From Podarcis melisellensis (Eukaryota), in NCBI GenBank assembly GCA_964234715.1, contig OZ174282.1: 64,000 nt of DNA; one strand, given 5' to 3'. Of this stretch, positions 59,135 to 64,000 are shown piece by piece (the first letter of the stretch is position 1; every line of letters starts with the position of its first letter). The notes beneath the pieces are model-generated. The model saw nothing but the letters and a program-made list of their open reading frames with translations. It made no database searches and had not been told where the DNA came from. Position numbers and translations under genes: made by a program.

Positions 59135-61898
59135 GATTGTACCCCCCCCCCCTTCATCAGGCAGGGACTCTGCAGCCAGATGGGGCTGTTCTGCACAACC
59201 CAGGACTGCTGTTGCCATTCAGGCTCTTGCTGCTAAACGCCCTGCCCCCAAGGCAGCTTTTAGGAAGCCCTGCAGGTATTCTCCTCCGAAAGGGTTAACC
59301 TTGGCTTCTCTGCACCAGCCGGGCCTGCCCTGCCCAGCTAATGCACTTCTGTGATAGACGGTTGTCTCTTATTTGCAAATTTCATTTTAAGTTAAATATA
59401 CATTGATTTAGCATTCTTTTACAGCACAAATATTCTTTTTTCTCATGCAAAATAAGCATGTTTCTTGGTCAACTGACATTTTGTGAAAATGGAGTTGAGG
59501 TAGCTATTTATGAATAATTAAGGCTAAAATGTTTTTCTGATCCCCTCAATGTCTTTTTATTTTAAAACATTTATATCATGTCAGAAAGGACTTGTTGTAC
59601 CAAAAAGTAAGCTTTCCATTAAAATAATGCGGAAAATGACATCTCTAATGTTCCTAATAGTACCTACGGCTTCTCAGCTGTATTCTGGATCCCCACTTGC
59701 AAGCGAGCAAGGGAGGAGGCAGGCGGATGGGCAGGCAGGCAGCCTTCCTTCTGTTCTTAAGGGGGGGGGGAGTTCATTTTCTGCCTTATCCACTCTGGTG
59801 TTAAAAGACTTCATTTGAAATATTTACAATGTGACAAAAAGCCCCAACTAAGAACTCTTTTTTAAAGTACTTACGCTGGCCAAACCCTTCCGATTTTCAG
59901 GAGAGTGCATTTTTCTATTAATGGGAGAAATGCAAATTGACAGAAATTGCCATTAGTTTTAAATGGTTTGGTTTTATATATTTATATCTATATGGAGACA
60001 TTTAAAAAAAGAAAGAAATTGGAAGAACATGTTGCAAGCCCATACGATGTTTTAATATTACCAGTCCTAACAGTGCAGTGGTTACCTGCCATTCCTCATC
60101 CATATAGACATTTTCTGGCAGAAAAAGAATCAGAACAGAATTAAAAAGTTTGAAGATTTTAACGAAGGACATTCTAAGAGAAAACATAAATGTCTGCCTT
60201 CCCTTTCTGAAGGCATTTGTAAGCATGCTTTGTTTTTCCTCTAAAGAAATGTCTGTAGAAAAACTGATCTGTAATTTCATTTAGAAGCAATGAAGGGAGT
60301 AATTTTTTTCCCTTTAGTGAAATTAAGATGAATAATTATCTCTAATCTAATCAGTATTATCTGAAAAAAGATGTTAAACAGCTTAATTTTTGTGATTTCT
60401 TTAAAAGCCTCTTTTGATGCTATTTAGACTGACATGCTGAAGGGTGGCTTTTCTAAAGAAACAATTAAGAAATTGTTGATAGTTATTAAACGTTACTGGC
60501 AATTCTGAACAATTATAAATGTATTTTTTTAAAAAAAACACTTCTGATTTTTTACACACATGCTTAAATATCAGACAGTGAAAAGGAGTAGAAAGAACAT
60601 TTTACCAAATCTATTATTGTACAAAATAAAAACAGGATTCATAAGAGAAGCAATTTCTCCCATGATGGGTGTGTGTGTGTGTGTATTTGAAAATCTATTA
60701 AATTGGGGGTGGTAACTAATGTTCCCTGCATATTTGGTTATCAATATTTTTTTAAAAAATTCAGCTGAGGGCTATTTTAAGCTGACTCTTACAAGCCTAC
60801 TCTTTTAAATGTTATTAAAGTCTGCTTCCACGTGCATGGATTCCTCGCATTTCACCACAAGCACCATTTCAGAAAAGGGGGGGGGGAATAAAGTCAAAAT
60901 TATCCTCTCATCTAGAGAAAGCAGAGAACTGCCCCCTGTCCCTGGTCAAGATTTCCCAGGGGGAGGACTGGGAGCTGTGTTGGTGAGGATCTAACGAAGA
61001 GAACTGCGTGGAACAATATTTCCCCTGCCATAAAGGCGGCTCCGCAGCAGGTTCACAAGATTTCCAAATCGGCACAAAGGATTAGAGGGGGAAATGGACG
61101 GGGTGGACGACATGGTCTCGAGGGCAAGCCCCCTGGAGTTTCATCCCAAGCTTAGTCTAACGGGAGAGGCGGCGGCTGCTCATGAGAAGGCAAGCAGGCC
61201 AAAGCTCGGCTGGCTGCAGCAGAAGTCCAGGGTTGAAGGGGTCACTTCACAGGGAGAAAAAAGACAGAAAAGAAGATGAGCCACAGTAAAAAGAGGGAGC
61301 CTGATGTGGTGCACAGAGGCAGCCCAGCCGCCTCTCTTAGCAGCGGCTGTGCTGGCAACTCGGCTGACTGACACCATTAACTGGTTGCTATTTGGAACCC
61401 AGAACATCCCCTTGCAGCAGCACCAGGCGGGAAGCTGGCTGCCAGGAAAGGGGGAAAGTTTGACACTGCATCCACCAAGCAACCTCACATCAAAGGTTTC
61501 ACAAATAACATAACAATAAAGACACTTGTTGTTCTTCAGGATGGTAAACCTCTGCTTTCTCTTTATGCATCAGATTCTGCCAGTTCTCTCTCTCTCTGAT
61601 TTTCCATGGCCAGCCTTCAGCGCAGAAATTCAGACACATAAAAGAGGAGGGAATACTGTCTGCAGCGGGGTTCCCTCCTCTTCTCCTGCAAATTCTCTTA
61701 TTTCCCTGGTCAGCTGCAATGCAAAAGGCAATTCCCTTCCTAAACATCATATAAAGCTAGCGGAGGGTGGTACCTGGTTAGCGTGAAAACCTGCAGAAAA
61801 GGGCAACGGGTGCCAGCACCCATGGCAGCAACAAGCAGCTAAACCAGCCTAGGGCACACTCCGCAAGGAGCACCTCACACGCAAGCCCTGCATCCTTC

Positions 61899-62290
61899 TG
61901 CACAGTAGCCATTTGCATTAATGCAGCCCAGGCTGGACCAACGGAATTGTCCTCCTTGATGAGGACAATCCAGTCCATCCAGACTGTCACTGTTTTCAGG
62001 TGCGATTCAACCACATACTGGCAAATTCAGATTGCGTTATTACAGTTGGTCAGGAAGTCTTGTGCAAGAAATCAGCCTCCCCAAAGATCAGACTTTTAAG
62101 GAGGAAAATGAAAAGCAAACTGGAAAATGCAGGAATAAAACTTGCTTTGATGCAACATCATCTAATCTCCCCACAAATGAAAGAGAAGCAACAAATTAAA
62201 TAGCCAGCCTCATTTAATCTCCCTGCAAATGAATCGGGATGAACACTCAGTAAACAGGTTGTCTGGAAGTGAAATCAAACAACAATTTAC
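61899..62290. mobile_element. Ancient interspersed repeat, copy 2 (possibly MER121-like)
   Basis: Collinear with 18504-19000. The core GGAAAATGCAGGAATAAAACTTGCTTTGATGCAACATCATCTAATC...GGGATGAACACTCAGTAAA resembles my recollection of MER121. Confidence 0.7.
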
Positions 62291-64000
62291 CTAAGGGTGA
62301 AAATACCACTTTTGGCAAAGCATTTCTCCCACCAGGAAATAATTATTATTAGTAGCTGCTGTCCCCCCCCCCTCAATTTTACAATGTATATAAAACGCAG
62401 AGAACAGTTATAACAGAGGAAAATTAAAACATGAAAAACAAAATTGTAAAATGGGCATGTATAATAAACACAGTTACATGTGAGTTAAAATAAAGTCCAA
62501 GTCATAAAAGAAAAAAAGTGAGAATAAATGTTGTCTTCATGAAAAGACAATCAACATTATTTGATTATCAAGTATAGTTCCAGATTTGCCAGGCTGGTGA
62601 CAAGGGTTGAAAATAATGGCTTCATTCTGTATATAATAAAGGAATGCCAAATCATATAAAATGTGTCTGGGGGTTTTAGGCCTTGTTGAAATCTTAAATT
62701 ATGTGCAATTCTCTCCATTATAGGTATATTCCAGAGTGTGTGATACAGTACTAGTTATTTTTATTAAATATTATTATTTATGATGATGATCTGCTGTTCC
62801 CCAAGGGGCAAGGCAGTTTACAATGTGCAAATAGAAAACATTGCAACCAGAGTTTCAACTAAGCTCTGCCCTTGAACTCCTCTCCTCCCTGCCAGGCCAC
62901 ATCCCTGTCCACTTGCCCTGCTAGCTCTTTTGAACATAACATTCTTTTGTTCTGTGACCATGGAAGGGATTCTTCCTCTCCTTCAGCATACTTGCACCAA
63001 GATTTTCTTGGCTGTCGCATTCTGTGTTGGTGACTAAGAAGTCATGCATATCTTGCTACTTTTTAATCATTCCTGTGTCAGGTTTTCCCATGTTCCTTCT
63101 ACAATTGTGCACTGATCATCATCATAATGATAATGGTGATCACTGCCATCCTTCAGATGCAGGAATGGGCAGCAAAAAAGCACAGCCTGCTGTCCATGCA
63201 CTACCATAACTAGAGGTTTCTGGGTGCTATACACATCTTTCTAAATTATTATTATTTTATTTATTAAACTTATTAGTCACTAATTTACCGCAGCAACTCA
63301 AAGGAACTTACAATAATTTTAGCAAACACATACATACATGAAAATAGCATTAAAAAAAGAGTAAAACACAATTCTATTTTTTAAAAAAACACCCTTGAAT
63401 TAAATATCTCACACACGCAAAAAGGCTACAGATAAGTAAAAGTGAAAGGCCTGATGGAAAATATGTTTTTGCAGTGTGTGTCCCCAAATAAGCTCCACCG
63501 TACAGCTCAGAAAGAGCGGCAAATGCGAAGAGAGCTGGGCTGCCTAATGGAAGCAGAGTGATCCTGCCCTCAGTGTTGCTTTCCAAGAAAAAAAAATGTG
63601 GGGCTTCCTGGAAAGTTCACTTCTCTCTGCTTGCAGTTCAGAGTCTCCATCTCCTTTCCCTTTGATAGGTTTGGGGTGAAATGTCAGGCCATGATAGCGA
63701 TGTGCTTGCTGTTCTATTACAAACCCTTTTCCCTCAGTGGCTTTTAAAGGCACATTCAGCTCCCATCCCCCCCCTTGCCCCTGAGTCAGGGGGAGCTCAC
63801 CCCTGGCACGGGTGGGGACCCCTGGCCATATCTCATGCTCCCAAGCAGGCGCCCTGGCAACCGTAAATCCAAGCCACTGTAATTCTCGCCCTAGACGGGC
63901 GTACATTTTAAACAGCTACTTAGGGGGAGGCAAGCGCCAAGTGCTCCGGCAGGGACCACGCTGAGTTTTGCTTTCCTTTTATTGTGCCTTTTAGGTTTTT

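Noticed and set aside
95-61918. About ten perfect octamers (ATGCAAAT/ATTTGCAT) across the window
   Set aside because: Scattered, one is inside a LINE remnant, my count is not exhaustive, and enrichment cannot be shown without a background model.
62755-63315. Possible minus-strand L2 tails at ~62755-62825 and ~63243-63315 (plus-strand candidates at ~4020-4090 and ~31530-31597)
   Set aside because: Too short and degraded to call or delimit confidently.
1-64000. Naming the host gene or locus
   Set aside because: No coding exon or diagnostic RNA gene is recognisable; any gene symbol would be a guess.

Overview
Vertebrate genomic DNA, most likely a squamate reptile and probably a lacertid lizard, judged from the SINE, LINE and MITE families I recognise. 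I find no host protein-coding exon, rRNA, intact tRNA or recognisable miRNA. The only convincing coding sequence is the 3' end of an L1 ORF2 inside a 5'-truncated insertion with a perfect 18-bp target-site duplication (TSD). The rest comprises hAT-type MITEs with 8-bp TSDs, CR1/L2/SINE remnants, microsatellites, three assembly gaps and many high-complexity, motif-dense, CpG-retaining non-coding blocks. These blocks are densest at about 29-46 kb and 58-60 kb, where recognisable transposons are nearly absent. That pattern fits an intron or gene desert in the regulatory landscape of a developmental or neural gene, which I cannot name from this sequence. The best leads are: (1) two diverged copies of a ~400-bp ancient element 43 kb apart, possibly MER121-like, one split by a younger MITE; (2) a TIR element that has captured an L2 3' tail; (3) a transposon-poor enhancer cluster and a CpG island; (4) REST/RE1 and CTCF motifs. 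I cannot support a claim of a new multi-gene system. Repeat family names come from memory of consensus sequences, and conservation is inferred rather than measured.
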